A stretch of 64,000 bases of DNA, from the IMG/VR virus record IMGVR_UViG_3300021375_001810; one strand, given 5' to 3'. Below the pieces are notes generated by a model, which was not told where the DNA came from, searched no databases, and saw only the letters and a list, made by a program, of their open reading frames with translations. Both the position numbers and the translations under genes were made by a program. The DNA comes from a virus. Shown in pieces: positions 27,481 through 36,987 of this stretch; positions within the stretch are counted from its first letter, which is position 1, and the number at the start of each line of letters is the position of its first letter.

Positions 27481-28628
27481 TGGACATTGAAACTTATTAC
27501 AATCATATTTGCAAAGAATGGAATGTTAATCCAACCACAGATGTGTACACAGGGTACGAACATGTACACGACAAACTAACATCTTACTCAAAAGAGCAAT
27601 GGAGTTCTGCAGACGAAGCAGGCAAGCAAAAGATAGAAGATGAAATATTTGATATCTATCGAAGTGTAAATGTTATCCCAATTACATACTTTAGTCTTGA
27701 AGGTTGTAAAAAAGAATTAAAAAAAATAAGCCTAAAACATCATAAAGTAGTAGATGATAAAATTGCTGTGGGCAATACAGCAGGACAGAACTTTAGTAGA
27801 TTTTGGTTTCCTAATATGCAAGAAGCATACTCTAGAAATGATAAGATGGTTAGTATGCGAGCAAGGTTCTATGACGACAAAAGATTAAAAAGAGCTATCT
27901 CTTTTTGCTTTAAATACAGAGACGAGGGTAGTAATAGTGTACTACCTGCCAACATTAGAAGAGCGTTAGATCTAGTTAGCGGAGGAACTATTGCTAACTT
28001 TAAGCCTATGAATGCTAGAGCTGTATACGAATACATATGCCCTACCTTTATGGGTAACGTATTGGACTTTAGTTCAGGTTACGGCGGACGCATGTTAGGC
28101 GGGCTTACAAGTAATCTAAGATACCACTACACAGGCATTGACCCTAATACTAAAACGTATAACGGTCTTGTAGCATTGGGCGAACTTATGACTAGTTTAG
28201 GACTAGGTAGCGGATATGAAATGCACCATTTACCAAGTGAACAGTTTACACCTAAACCTGGATACTATGATGCCGCATTTAGTAGCCCACCGTACTTTAA
28301 TTTAGAAACTTATACTGACGAGCCTACACAATGCATGAACAGTTGTTCTAATCTAGATCAGTGGTTTGAACACTATGTTACGCCCACTATACAAATGTTA
28401 CACACAGCTCTTGCTAAAGACGGACTGTATGCTGTAAACATAGCAGACTATAAAGATGGCAAAGAAGAATTTAAAATTGTTGATCGCTGGAAAGAACTTA
28501 GCGAAAGTATAGGGTTCAAGTATGTTAAGCAACTAGATATGTTGTTGAACGTCCGACCAGGTGTAGGCAATAATAAATTAGAAAATAGTTATAAGTCCGA
28601 AGGCATTTATATTTTCAAAAAGACTTGA
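27465..28628 (+). CDS. SAM-dependent DNA amino-methyltransferase-like protein
   Basis: Motif I VLDFSSGYGGR, GIDPN, motif IV SSPPYF. Confidence 0.8.
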   Translation: MDTVIVDIETYYNHICKEWNVNPTTDVYTGYEHVHDKLTSYSKEQWSSADEAGKQKIEDEIFDIYRSVNVIPITYFSLEGCKKELKKISLKHHKVVDDKIAVGNTAGQNFSRFWFPNMQEAYSRNDKMVSMRARFYDDKRLKRAISFCFKYRDEGSNSVLPANIRRALDLVSGGTIANFKPMNARAVYEYICPTFMGNVLDFSSGYGGRMLGGLTSNLRYHYTGIDPNTKTYNGLVALGELMTSLGLGSGYEMHHLPSEQFTPKPGYYDAAFSSPPYFNLETYTDEPTQCMNSCSNLDQWFEHYVTPTIQMLHTALAKDGLYAVNIADYKDGKEEFKIVDRWKELSESIGFKYVKQLDMLLNVRPGVGNNKLENSYKSEGIYIFKKT

Positions 28629-28722
28629 CACTTAGTAGACTAGGTGTTATATTAATAGAGTAGTCCAGTAATTCGTTACGCAACTACTTAAACTTAACGC
28701 CCCAGTATTTCGATACGCAGGC
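28625..28722 (+). promoter_or_regulatory. Promoter plus tandem UUCG hairpin leader
   Basis: TTGACA 28625, TATATT 28648; two hairpins CCA-GTAW-TTCG-WTAC-GCA. Confidence 0.6.
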
Positions 28723-28738
28723 ATATTTGGAGAAGAAC

Positions 28739-29842
28739 ATGAAAGTTAAACCTTATAATCGTCAGACTGAAATCAATAAGTTTCTGGCAAAATATAAAAC
28801 CCCATTCGAAATGAAAGACGATGCTATTGACACTCGTACAATGGCGGACAATTACGAAAACGGAATAATTCCACTACAAGATATTGCTGAAGCAATTGAC
28901 GTAGTATTAGGTCCACAAAAGAAACCAAACAACCCTGATCCGTTTGATCCTAAAGTAGGTATTGTAAAGTTTGGATATGTAGAATGGACAGATTGCTACT
29001 TATGGCCTAGGTTCCAACGAGATGTAGCACCTAATCATTTATATAAAATTGAACTAGATTTTGAACATACATCTGTGTTACTGCCTACAGCAATTTTAGT
29101 TGACGGTATGTATATGCTTTGGGACGGACATCATACAGCACAGGAAATGAAACGTCAAAACTATACTAGCATTCCTATGTGGTATATTGACACCGCAATG
29201 ATTACAGATGAAACTGTAGAAGAAGCAGGATTTACTGACAGAGTAGAATATGCTGTTTGGCTTGCTGGACAAAACATGATTCGTATTAATAGTCGTAACA
29301 AACGTAAGTTACATGCATATGACGAATTTATGATTTTGCTTGAAACTAAAGACGGTCCTACAACAGCAATGTATAATATTTTAAAAGCAGCAGGATTTGT
29401 TCCAAAGCGTAATGCAAACACACCAAATGCATTTAGTCAGATTAAAAGTGGACAGACAATTTTTGAAATGTCAGATGACTACGGAGTAAAAGGCAAATAC
29501 TTTAAACGTGCATTAGCATTTCATAACAAGACTTGGAAAAAGGCAGCCGCAGAACTTGAAGTTTGGAGACCTATTGCATTGTTGTATAAAATGGCAGAAG
29601 TAGAAAGTTTTGTTATTGATGAAGAATTTGATAAAGAACTAGGTAAACTGTTTATTCAAGAATGGGGAGATCCTGCATCAGTACAACTTGGTCTTAAGGA
29701 ACAGTATGATAATGCGTTACATACTAAAGGGTTTACTAATCCAAGAGACCACGATCAATGGCGTGTGTATGATGCTATTGTGAACTTATATAATAGTAAA
29801 GTTGGTCGTATACAACTTCCGCAAGCACAGTGTAGGTGGTAA
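28739..29842 (+). CDS. ParB/Srx-like N-terminal domain protein
   Basis: FQRDV and LWDGHHT motifs typical of ParB-like/DGQHR-type domains. Confidence 0.6.
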   Translation: MKVKPYNRQTEINKFLAKYKTPFEMKDDAIDTRTMADNYENGIIPLQDIAEAIDVVLGPQKKPNNPDPFDPKVGIVKFGYVEWTDCYLWPRFQRDVAPNHLYKIELDFEHTSVLLPTAILVDGMYMLWDGHHTAQEMKRQNYTSIPMWYIDTAMITDETVEEAGFTDRVEYAVWLAGQNMIRINSRNKRKLHAYDEFMILLETKDGPTTAMYNILKAAGFVPKRNANTPNAFSQIKSGQTIFEMSDDYGVKGKYFKRALAFHNKTWKKAAAELEVWRPIALLYKMAEVESFVIDEEFDKELGKLFIQEWGDPASVQLGLKEQYDNALHTKGFTNPRDHDQWRVYDAIVNLYNSKVGRIQLPQAQCRW

Positions 29843-29843
29843 A

Positions 29844-30254
29844 ATGAAATTTCTATATCTAATGAAAGATCCGCTTGGCGCCAAGGCTTGTAAAATTGGT
29901 ATTACAAGTGTAACAAAGGCAAAGGTAAGACTAGGTGTTTACCAAAACAGTTATAGTTCTGAAAGTCATATGGCAACTTTTGATTACTTATGGTATGGTA
30001 AGAACAGTCCGATTGCTCGTTTAGAAGGTGTCCTAAAAGATACTTTCGGCTATGCTATTACAATGGAGGGTAGAGGTTTTTCAGAATGGATATCTGAGCC
30101 GCCAGTAGTTATCTTAGAAAAGATAAAAGAAACTATTGAAGACTATCATTTTCATGTATATGAAGCAGGCAAAAATCATAACATTTATACACTAGATGAT
30201 GTAATAAATCAGTTGACAGTAACCGGAAAAGGTGCTATAATTAAACATAATTAG
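29844..30254 (+). CDS. GIY-YIG / T5orf172-like nuclease-fold protein
   Basis: FLYLM....CKIGIT....RL..YQ....LE.......SEW. Confidence 0.55.
   Translation: MKFLYLMKDPLGAKACKIGITSVTKAKVRLGVYQNSYSSESHMATFDYLWYGKNSPIARLEGVLKDTFGYAITMEGRGFSEWISEPPVVILEKIKETIEDYHFHVYEAGKNHNIYTLDDVINQLTVTGKGAIIKHN
30213..30241 (+). promoter_or_regulatory. sigma70-like promoter (perfect consensus)
   Basis: TTGACA-17-TATAAT. Confidence 0.8.
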
Positions 30255-30275
30255 GCAAACAGATAGAGGCACACA

Positions 30276-31016
30276 ATGTACGTAACAGCAAAACCAAGTT
30301 ACTCTCGTAAGACTTTTAATCATAAGGATCGTGTCCCGTTGCGAACAGTACCTACACAAGAAGCACTTGCTTATGCTTGTGCCGCACAGCGTATTAATGG
30401 TTCTTATGTTAAGGACACTAGACGCTTTTCAGAACAAGAAAACAAAACACAATTTGCTAACAAAGAGATTGTTAAGTTTGCATTTGCTAGTACTGACAAT
30501 CCTACGCCTGATGACTTCACTAAGCCTACACCTACTGAACAAGACTACGAGATGGTAGCAGAGATTCAAAAATGGATGCGTCGATATGTAATGCTAGGGT
30601 TAGGTGACCTTGATGAGTTTAAACGTGATATGGTTAATAGTGTATCACAAGATACTGTAGCATTTAATAATTTAGGTCGTATTGCATTTATACCTGAATT
30701 TGTAAATCGTGATAAACATGAAACAGGATTGACTAAAGACATCCGTGTTGAGTATCGTGACTCACAATACTTAGGTAATGAAAAAGATGTAGTTGAAGGT
30801 GTAATTAAAATCCTTGACAAACGTTTTAGTAGTCAGTGGGAGAGCTATAACTACACAGCAGTTATGGACGGCAACCTTGTTAGTTTTATGAACAAGTTTG
30901 AACATGAAATAGGTACGATGAAACGTATCAAAGCAAAAGTTAAAGCACAAACAAAAAATAAATTGTTTAGTGCAAATGAAACTAGACTTAATTACGTTAA
31001 ACTCTATAAGGTGTAA
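30276..31016 (+). CDS. Hypothetical phage protein (possible C-terminal OB fold)
   Basis: LAYACAAQRINGSYVK; C-terminal IKAKVK...TRLNYVK. Confidence 0.75.
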   Translation: MYVTAKPSYSRKTFNHKDRVPLRTVPTQEALAYACAAQRINGSYVKDTRRFSEQENKTQFANKEIVKFAFASTDNPTPDDFTKPTPTEQDYEMVAEIQKWMRRYVMLGLGDLDEFKRDMVNSVSQDTVAFNNLGRIAFIPEFVNRDKHETGLTKDIRVEYRDSQYLGNEKDVVEGVIKILDKRFSSQWESYNYTAVMDGNLVSFMNKFEHEIGTMKRIKAKVKAQTKNKLFSANETRLNYVKLYKV

Positions 31017-31017
31017 C

Positions 31018-31632
31018 ATGATTCGGTTACAAGGTAAATTGCCTTATTACTTGCATGTAGCATGTTCCGGCGGTGTCGACAGTATGGCTATTGCTGACTT
31101 TTTGTCTAACAATCATCATACTAATATTTTGTTTTTTGATCATCAAACTGAAACTAGTAAAGAAGCATATAGGTTTATTGCTCATTATGTTGGTGAAAAG
31201 AAAATGGGTATTTTATATGGCAAGCCTCGCTATTCAAAAGAGAAGAGTCAAAGTTGGGAAGAGTATTGGCGCACTGAAAGATATCATTTCTTTCATAGTG
31301 TAGATGCACCTGTTGTAACAGCACATCATTTAGATGATTGTGTAGAAACTTGGTTATGGAGTAGTATGCATGGTAAAGGAAAAATTATTCCGTATAGGAA
31401 TCGTAATGTTGTTCGTCCTTTTCGCCTTACCCGCAAACGGGATTTAGAACTTTGGTGCAATCTTAAAAATGTACCTTATATTAACGATGAAACTAACAAA
31501 GATACTCGTTACATACGTAATTATATTAGACATGAAATGATGCCACATGCACTTCGTGTAAATCCAGGTATTCACAAAACAATTTTTAAGAAGGTAAAAC
31601 AAGATGAACATTCAACACCAATCACTGTTTGA
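31018..31632 (+). CDS. tilS: tRNA(Ile)-lysidine synthase, compact (catalytic domain only)
   Basis: PP-loop VACSGGVDSM, RY.FF, TAHHLDDCVET, RP, D.TN.D..Y.RNYIRH. Confidence 0.9.
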   Translation: MIRLQGKLPYYLHVACSGGVDSMAIADFLSNNHHTNILFFDHQTETSKEAYRFIAHYVGEKKMGILYGKPRYSKEKSQSWEEYWRTERYHFFHSVDAPVVTAHHLDDCVETWLWSSMHGKGKIIPYRNRNVVRPFRLTRKRDLELWCNLKNVPYINDETNKDTRYIRNYIRHEMMPHALRVNPGIHKTIFKKVKQDEHSTPITV

Positions 31633-32044
31633 CATAGCACAGTTAGAAGAACACTATTCAAACAAAGACGGCGTACCAGTAAAGTATGTTTGTACTTCAG
31701 ACTTGCGTGTAAGTGATATTCCTATGGATATTTTTTATAGAGAAACGCCACATCCTGAGTTTGGTAATTATTACTTTGGTGTGTACAAACATCCAGTAAC
31801 TAAAGATATTTTTATTACAAACGCAGATGAGATAGAGTCACTTGAGTTTGGCATGATTGAACACGAAGGTAAGTACTATTACAGTCAGTCACATCACGAT
31901 TACAAATCTATAGGTGGCAAAATGATTGATGGTGGAAGAGCGTATATTAGGAGTAGCGGCGGCGCTGTTACAATGCATATAAAAAATGGAAAGTTTTATA
32001 TCAACAACATACAAGACTTGATAAGGAGCAAGGATCATGGCTGA
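31604..32044 (+). CDS. Hypothetical phage protein
   Basis: YSQSHHDY, IDGGRAYIR. Confidence 0.75.
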   Translation: MNIQHQSLFDIAQLEEHYSNKDGVPVKYVCTSDLRVSDIPMDIFYRETPHPEFGNYYFGVYKHPVTKDIFITNADEIESLEFGMIEHEGKYYYSQSHHDYKSIGGKMIDGGRAYIRSSGGAVTMHIKNGKFYINNIQDLIRSKDHG

Positions 32045-32240
32045 ACAAAAAATTACATTTGAAGAATCTCTTGAAGATGATGATTGGGGTTTGATTGTTA
32101 GTAATACTGGCGAACTTAAAGGATTATTCATTCCTGATGGTAAAGACGAAGATGACGTACCAGAAGCCATTGTAAAACTATGTGCTACATACTTTGGAGT
32201 GTCTGAAGAAGAATTTTATGAAGGACCAACGGTACACTAA
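32037..32240 (+). CDS. Hypothetical protein
   Basis: 67-aa operonic ORF. Confidence 0.65.
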   Translation: MAEQKITFEESLEDDDWGLIVSNTGELKGLFIPDGKDEDDVPEAIVKLCATYFGVSEEEFYEGPTVH

Positions 32241-32479
32241 TGACACCGCAAGAAATTTTTGAATACAAACAACGTTGGATGCCAGGCTACCCTGTAAGAC
32301 TACACAGTGATCTACGGTCCAAAGGAAAAGACTGGTGTAAAAAATTAGATAAATGGGAATGGAATTTTAAGCAATATACTAATAACTATGAAGATACTTA
32401 TTATTTTAAAAACATATATGCATCTCAAAATTTTGAGATGGAACATTCAAGGTGGGTAATATATGACGATGCCGATTGA
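32240..32479 (+). CDS. Hypothetical protein
   Basis: 79 aa, TAATG coupling. Confidence 0.7.
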   Translation: MTPQEIFEYKQRWMPGYPVRLHSDLRSKGKDWCKKLDKWEWNFKQYTNNYEDTYYFKNIYASQNFEMEHSRWVIYDDAD

Positions 32480-32666
32480 ACGTAAATGGGCCATTGATAA
32501 TACAAAAAAGTTTTTACTTGATTTAATGGATCCTAAAAAAACGCCTAGAGTTCCTATGGACATTAGGCGAGAAGCTCGGAGATGTTTAAAACATTATCCA
32601 GATGAGTATCATATGGAGCAAGCACAGCAACTTGCTCCAGAAGTATTTGGGGAGCATAGTGGCTAA
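32463..32666 (+). CDS. Hypothetical protein (BPSL0761-like)
   Basis: MTMP.ER..A......FL..L......PRVP..IR..A..CLKHYP. Confidence 0.7.
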   Translation: MTMPIERKWAIDNTKKFLLDLMDPKKTPRVPMDIRREARRCLKHYPDEYHMEQAQQLAPEVFGEHSG

Positions 32667-32835
32667 GAAAGCACCTAAGATAGGAGACAAAGTCGAACAC
32701 ACTTGTACGTTAAATGGAACATTTCAAGGTGTTGTTATAGAAGTGTTGTCGACACAATTTATATACAAAACCGCAGATGGCCACGACAGATTTTGTTTGT
32801 TTAAAGAAATATGGAAAAAACTAGATGAAAGTTAG
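32659..32835 (+). CDS. Small hypothetical protein
   Basis: GTG start after GGGGAG. Confidence 0.55.
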   Translation: MAKKAPKIGDKVEHTCTLNGTFQGVVIEVLSTQFIYKTADGHDRFCLFKEIWKKLDES

Positions 32836-33247
32836 AATAGGTCCTTATAGAAAGAACAGAGCGTTCAATATAGAAATTGAACCGTTTGACACATGGAGCA
32901 TGGACCATACACTTGCTCCTATTATTTTACCTATGTTAATTCAACTACAAGAAACTAAACACGGTTCACCATTTGTAGATAACGATGATGTGCCAGAAGA
33001 ACTTCGTATGCCTGATGGCTGGTACGAATCCGAGTACAACAAGAACGGTGAAACAGATGAGAAGTTTCACGAGCGTTGGGACTGGGTAATGAAAGAAATG
33101 ATTTATGCTTTCGACTGTAAAGCAAACAAGGACGAAGTATATATGCGTTTTGATATAAAAGATCGAGACGCAATGGACAAAGAACAAGAAAGAATATCTA
33201 ACGGATTTAGATTATTTGGAAAGTATTATGAAAACCTCTGGGATTGA
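32825..33247 (+). CDS. Hypothetical phage protein
   Basis: DTWSMDHTLA.II.PML, RWDWV..EMI.AF, GFRLFGKYY..LWD. Confidence 0.8.
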   Translation: MKVRIGPYRKNRAFNIEIEPFDTWSMDHTLAPIILPMLIQLQETKHGSPFVDNDDVPEELRMPDGWYESEYNKNGETDEKFHERWDWVMKEMIYAFDCKANKDEVYMRFDIKDRDAMDKEQERISNGFRLFGKYYENLWD

Positions 33248-33638
33248 TTTGGAAAATTTAGACGATACTACGACACAAGAAGAATACAATAAAGTCTCTT
33301 CTGAAAGTAGGGCTCGTAATCTTGCGATGGAATTATCTAAAGAGAAAAAACGTTTAAAGCAAGAGCTTGCAGAATTACAACAGGAAAACGAAGAACTTAC
33401 TCCTACTACTCCGACTGGCACACCTGACTGGTATGTTAAATGGTTTAGCATGGTAGCGGCTGTTATAGGTGTGTTTTCTATTAGTGCAGGCTTTACAATG
33501 TTTGGACAGGTAGCATATGTACTCAGTAGTGGTGGTTGGGTATATGTAGGCATGGCCTGGGGTGATAGAGCAATCATGATAGGTAGTGCTATAAGCGGAA
33601 CAGCAGTAATGATGAATATAGTAACGAGTTTAACATGA
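33216..33638 (+). CDS. Coiled-coil + membrane protein
   Basis: DWYVKW followed by three hydrophobic helices; start uncertain. Confidence 0.65.
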   Translation: MESIMKTSGIDLENLDDTTTQEEYNKVSSESRARNLAMELSKEKKRLKQELAELQQENEELTPTTPTGTPDWYVKWFSMVAAVIGVFSISAGFTMFGQVAYVLSSGGWVYVGMAWGDRAIMIGSAISGTAVMMNIVTSLT

Positions 33639-34084
33639 AAAAGTATTACATACTAGCAGGTGTAGTTTACACCGTGTTTATAGGCTTTATAGCAAGCACT
33701 ATACAGCAGAGGCTTACAATGGAAGAACTTAGACCTCAATATGAGGAAGAGTATTGTGAAGTTGTATATGAATACACAGGCGAAGTAGGTGGCGACGAGT
33801 GGAATGAACTCTTTGCTATTGCTGTAGAGAATGAAGAAGAACGAGACGAGTTACAAGAAATAATTGACGAAGGTATAGACAAGTTATACGAAGAAGAATT
33901 TGGCGAAAGCCGTAATCAAAGTGATGCTGATGCATATATTAGTTTATTCTACAACTTGTCAGATCCTATTAATTGGTTATTTACATTATTAATTGCTACA
34001 TTTATAGCAAGTTTCTATCTAGTATTTTATAGTTGCAAACTTGCAATTGAAAGACACTTTAAAGGAACTAATAAAGATGACTGA
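33635..34084 (+). CDS. Membrane protein with two TM helices
   Basis: TM - acidic loop - TM. Confidence 0.65.
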   Translation: MKKYYILAGVVYTVFIGFIASTIQQRLTMEELRPQYEEEYCEVVYEYTGEVGGDEWNELFAIAVENEEERDELQEIIDEGIDKLYEEEFGESRNQSDADAYISLFYNLSDPINWLFTLLIATFIASFYLVFYSCKLAIERHFKGTNKDD

Positions 34085-34322
34085 CATGTTTGAAGCAACA
34101 AATCCAGATGTTAAAATTATTGCAGAGTTAGCAAAAGAAACCGAAATTGCCGATCCAATAAATTGGGGCAACTTAAATATTAGTGAAGAACAAGCATACA
34201 TTATGATGGCTAGTCATGCTGCTGAAATGGAAGTTGAGCCGTTAGTAATGAAATCATTAATAACAAAATTGTTGGTTGAAAACTTTGTTCTTAATGTTAA
34301 ACTAATGCAAAGTAAAGGTTGA
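34077..34322 (+). CDS. Hypothetical protein
   Basis: DPINWGNL, KLLVENFVLN. Confidence 0.65.
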   Translation: MTDMFEATNPDVKIIAELAKETEIADPINWGNLNISEEQAYIMMASHAAEMEVEPLVMKSLITKLLVENFVLNVKLMQSKG

Positions 34323-34347
34323 CACGTAATACGTTTTACTATATAAT
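34319..34347 (+). promoter_or_regulatory. sigma70-like promoter (perfect consensus)
   Basis: TTGACA-17-TATAAT. Confidence 0.8.
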
Positions 34348-34368
34348 AGTTTTAAATTAGGAGGATAT

Positions 34369-34602
34369 ATGTCTACTGTTTACGAAGATAGAGTTGAAAT
34401 TTTATGCACAGACAACGGAAAAACCGTTGAAGCTGAAATAGATAACTTTAGAGAAAACCAATCGTTAAATGCATTTATTGCAGGTAACAAAATTCACATG
34501 GTATACAACGGTAAGGTGTATGTCGGAAATCAAATAGGATTAGAGTTTCAAACTACTGGTCCAAAGCAAATTGCAAAATTAAGAGGTAGATATGAAAGAT
34601 AA
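34369..34602 (+). CDS. Hypothetical protein
   Basis: 77 aa, RBS AGGAGG. Confidence 0.7.
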   Translation: MSTVYEDRVEILCTDNGKTVEAEIDNFRENQSLNAFIAGNKIHMVYNGKVYVGNQIGLEFQTTGPKQIAKLRGRYER

Positions 34603-34795
34603 TATTGAAGTTATGGAAGGACCATATGCAAAGGCTTTGACAGAAGATGTCGAAGGTGTTCTTTATCGAGAAATTAAAACTGTACGTGTAAAAGATGGCA
34701 TGCTAACTGAGTATGTTACAAAACGTAGTTATCATGAAAGTGGCGATTATAATGATACGTCATCAATTTCACCAATTATAAAGGTAGGATCATAA
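34592..34795 (+). CDS. Hypothetical protein
   Basis: 67-aa operonic ORF. Confidence 0.6.
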   Translation: MKDNIEVMEGPYAKALTEDVEGVLYREIKTVRVKDGMLTEYVTKRSYHESGDYNDTSSISPIIKVGS

Positions 34796-35382
34796 TGCCG
34801 TTAGTACCTATGGTAGTAGAGCAAGAGTCACGTGGCGAACGTTCATATGACATTTATAGCCGATTACTTAAAGACCGTATTGTAATGCTTAATGGTCCAG
34901 TTGAAGATAATGTTGCTAACTTAGTTGTTGCTCAAATGTTATTTTTAGAAAGTGAAAATCCTGATAAGCCTATTAATTTTTATATTAATAGTCCGGGCGG
35001 TGTAATTACAAGTGGCATGAGCATTTATGACACTATGCAATATATCAAATCGCCTGTTCATACTATTGTAATGGGACAAGCATGTTCAATGGGTTCATTC
35101 CTTGCTCAAGCAGGTGAGCCAGGCAAACGTAAGATGTTGCCATATGCTCGTCATATGATTCATCAGCCAAGCGGTGGTTCACGTGGTATGCAAAGTGATA
35201 TTGAAATTCAATATCAAGAAATAACTAAAATGAAAACTATCCTTACTGAGTTGTATGTTAAACATAATTCAAAAGGTAAGACATACGAAGACTTTGAAAG
35301 AGACATGGATCGTGATACATTTATGTCTGCTCAAGAAGCACTTGACTATGGATTAGTTGATCAAATTGTGGAGAAAAAATAA
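34795..35382 (+). CDS. clpP: ATP-dependent Clp protease proteolytic subunit
   Basis: [41 protein letters not shown]. Confidence 0.97.
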   Translation: MPLVPMVVEQESRGERSYDIYSRLLKDRIVMLNGPVEDNVANLVVAQMLFLESENPDKPINFYINSPGGVITSGMSIYDTMQYIKSPVHTIVMGQACSMGSFLAQAGEPGKRKMLPYARHMIHQPSGGSRGMQSDIEIQYQEITKMKTILTELYVKHNSKGKTYEDFERDMDRDTFMSAQEALDYGLVDQIVEKK

Positions 35383-35567
35383 TGCCTATTCCGGAAAGAG
35401 TAACAGTACCAGAACCTAGAGACCCAAGCAAGAAACATTTTTATATTAGTCTTGTAAAAAGTGGGGTTAGAATTGTAGCAGGAATTGCTCTTTTCATGGG
35501 TGGTTATGCGGCCGCTGGTGTGTTGTTTATCGGAGCAGAACTTTTAGGTATTGCGGAGGAATTATAA
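35382..35567 (+). CDS. Small membrane protein
   Basis: HFYISLVKS..RI, AELLGIAEEL. Confidence 0.65.
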   Translation: MPIPERVTVPEPRDPSKKHFYISLVKSGVRIVAGIALFMGGYAAAGVLFIGAELLGIAEEL

Positions 35568-35878
35568 TGAGTGCAGCCGCTATGAGAGTTGACGAACTAA
35601 AAGAGTTTGTTGCTGAGAAAAAAGGTATTCCAACTGAAGAAGCACTAACTAAAATGTTACAAGAAAATGTTTTAGTAGTAACATTCAATAAACTTGATGG
35701 TGCTGAAAGAGTAATGACATGTACAAAATCGTTCAAAGTCATTCCAGAAGAAAATCACCCTAAAGACAGTAACACGAAACCTAAATTAGGTACTGTCACA
35801 GTTTGGGACACAAACGCTAAAGGTTGGCGTAGTTTCAAATATGATCGTGTAACAAAAGTAGAAGAAGGGAACGTTTAA
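35567..35878 (+). CDS. SH3-fold / WYL_2-like phage protein
   Basis: VTF.K.DG.ER.M.CT, VWD....GWRSF. Confidence 0.75.
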   Translation: MSAAAMRVDELKEFVAEKKGIPTEEALTKMLQENVLVVTFNKLDGAERVMTCTKSFKVIPEENHPKDSNTKPKLGTVTVWDTNAKGWRSFKYDRVTKVEEGNV

Positions 35879-35886
35879 ACTTATTC

Positions 35887-35976
35887 GGAGAGTTGGCTGA
35901 GTGGTCGAAAGCGGCACCCTGCTAAGGTGTTATACGGGCAACTGTATCGAGGGTTCGAATCCCTCACTCTCCGCCA
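35887..35976 (+). tRNA. tRNA-Ser(GCT)
   Basis: Cloverleaf with long variable arm; anticodon loop CTGCTAA; CCA. Confidence 0.95.
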
Positions 35977-35980
35977 AGAT

Positions 35981-36054
35981 GCGGGTGTAGTATAATGGTA
36001 TTATCACAGCCTTCCAAGCTGAGGACAGGGGTTCGATTCCCCTCACCCGCTCCA
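35981..36054 (+). tRNA. tRNA-Gly(TCC)
   Basis: Anticodon loop CTTCCAA; CCA. Confidence 0.95.
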
Positions 36055-36097
36055 TTAACTAGTAGTACAAACTAATAAGTAATCAGAGGTTACATTT

Positions 36098-36388
36098 ATG
36101 AAGATTCGCCCATTACACGATCGAGTGATCGTACGTCGTGAGGAAGAAGAAAAGAAAACAGCAGGTGGTATTTTCCTACCTGGTACAGCACAAGAAAAAC
36201 CTAACCAAGGAGAAGTAATTGCCGTCGGCAGTGGAAGGGTTTTAGAAAACGGAGAAGTTACTCCAGTCGATGTTAATGTCGGTGACATTATTGTATTTGG
36301 TCAATTTGCCGGTAGTGATAAGATTGATGCAGACGGTGAAGAACTAATTATTCTTAGCGAAGGCGATATTAAAGCCGTAATTGAATAG
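36098..36388 (+). CDS. groES: Co-chaperonin GroES
   Basis: [33 protein letters not shown]. Confidence 0.97.
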   Translation: MKIRPLHDRVIVRREEEEKKTAGGIFLPGTAQEKPNQGEVIAVGSGRVLENGEVTPVDVNVGDIIVFGQFAGSDKIDADGEELIILSEGDIKAVIE

Positions 36389-36455
36389 AAAGGAAGCGTA
36401 GAGCCGCTTTAGAAAAGAAGGCAAGTAAGCGTCGATAAATAATTGACGCAATTAT

Positions 36456-36531
36456 GCTCCCGTAGCTCAGCAGGCAGAGCAACTGATTTGTAATCAGTAG
36501 GTCGTTGGTTCGATTCCGACCGGGAGCTCCA
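36456..36531 (+). tRNA. tRNA-Thr(TGT)
   Basis: Anticodon loop TTTGTAA; CCA. Confidence 0.95.
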
Positions 36532-36537
36532 CTTTTT

Positions 36538-36612
36538 TCCGCAGTAGCTCAGTGGTAGAGCAGTTGACTGTTAATCAATTGGTCGTAGGTTCGACCCCTA
36601 CCTGCGGAGCCA
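36538..36612 (+). tRNA. tRNA-Asn(GTT)
   Basis: Anticodon loop CTGTTAA; CCA. Confidence 0.95.
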
Positions 36613-36681
36613 TCTTTTTACTTGACACATCTATTATTAGATGTTATGTTAGTATAGTAGAAACAAAGAAAGGACCCTAAG

Positions 36682-36987
36682 ATGAGAGAATGGGTATACA
36701 ACTGTTGGAATGTAGTAATGGATCACGAAAAGAATCCACTAAGTAATATTCCGGATTTTAGTACACGACATATGATCATGCAGGTACTAGCATGGATGTG
36801 GTGTATTGTGTTTGCTATCATCGTAGGTAGCATGTGGGCAGGCGTCATTAGTATGGTGCTTCATGCATTGTTGCTAGGTGCGATTGCAGTTACAGTAGTA
36901 ACATTTGAAACAGCAAAACGCAATCCAAAAATGTTTGTACGTGATAATATAATTAACTCTCGCGGTGTTGGTGGCGAACATGAGTGA
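36682..36987 (+). CDS. Membrane protein (paralog of 42008..42418)
   Basis: W..VMD...NPL..IPD motif, two TM helices. Confidence 0.75.
   Translation: MREWVYNCWNVVMDHEKNPLSNIPDFSTRHMIMQVLAWMWCIVFAIIVGSMWAGVISMVLHALLLGAIAVTVVTFETAKRNPKMFVRDNIINSRGVGGEHE

Noticed and set aside
36380-36440. Readthrough of the groES TAG or a basic peptide (..RKRRAALEKKASKRR) behind it
   Set aside because: The peptide is in another frame with no start; at most a gene remnant
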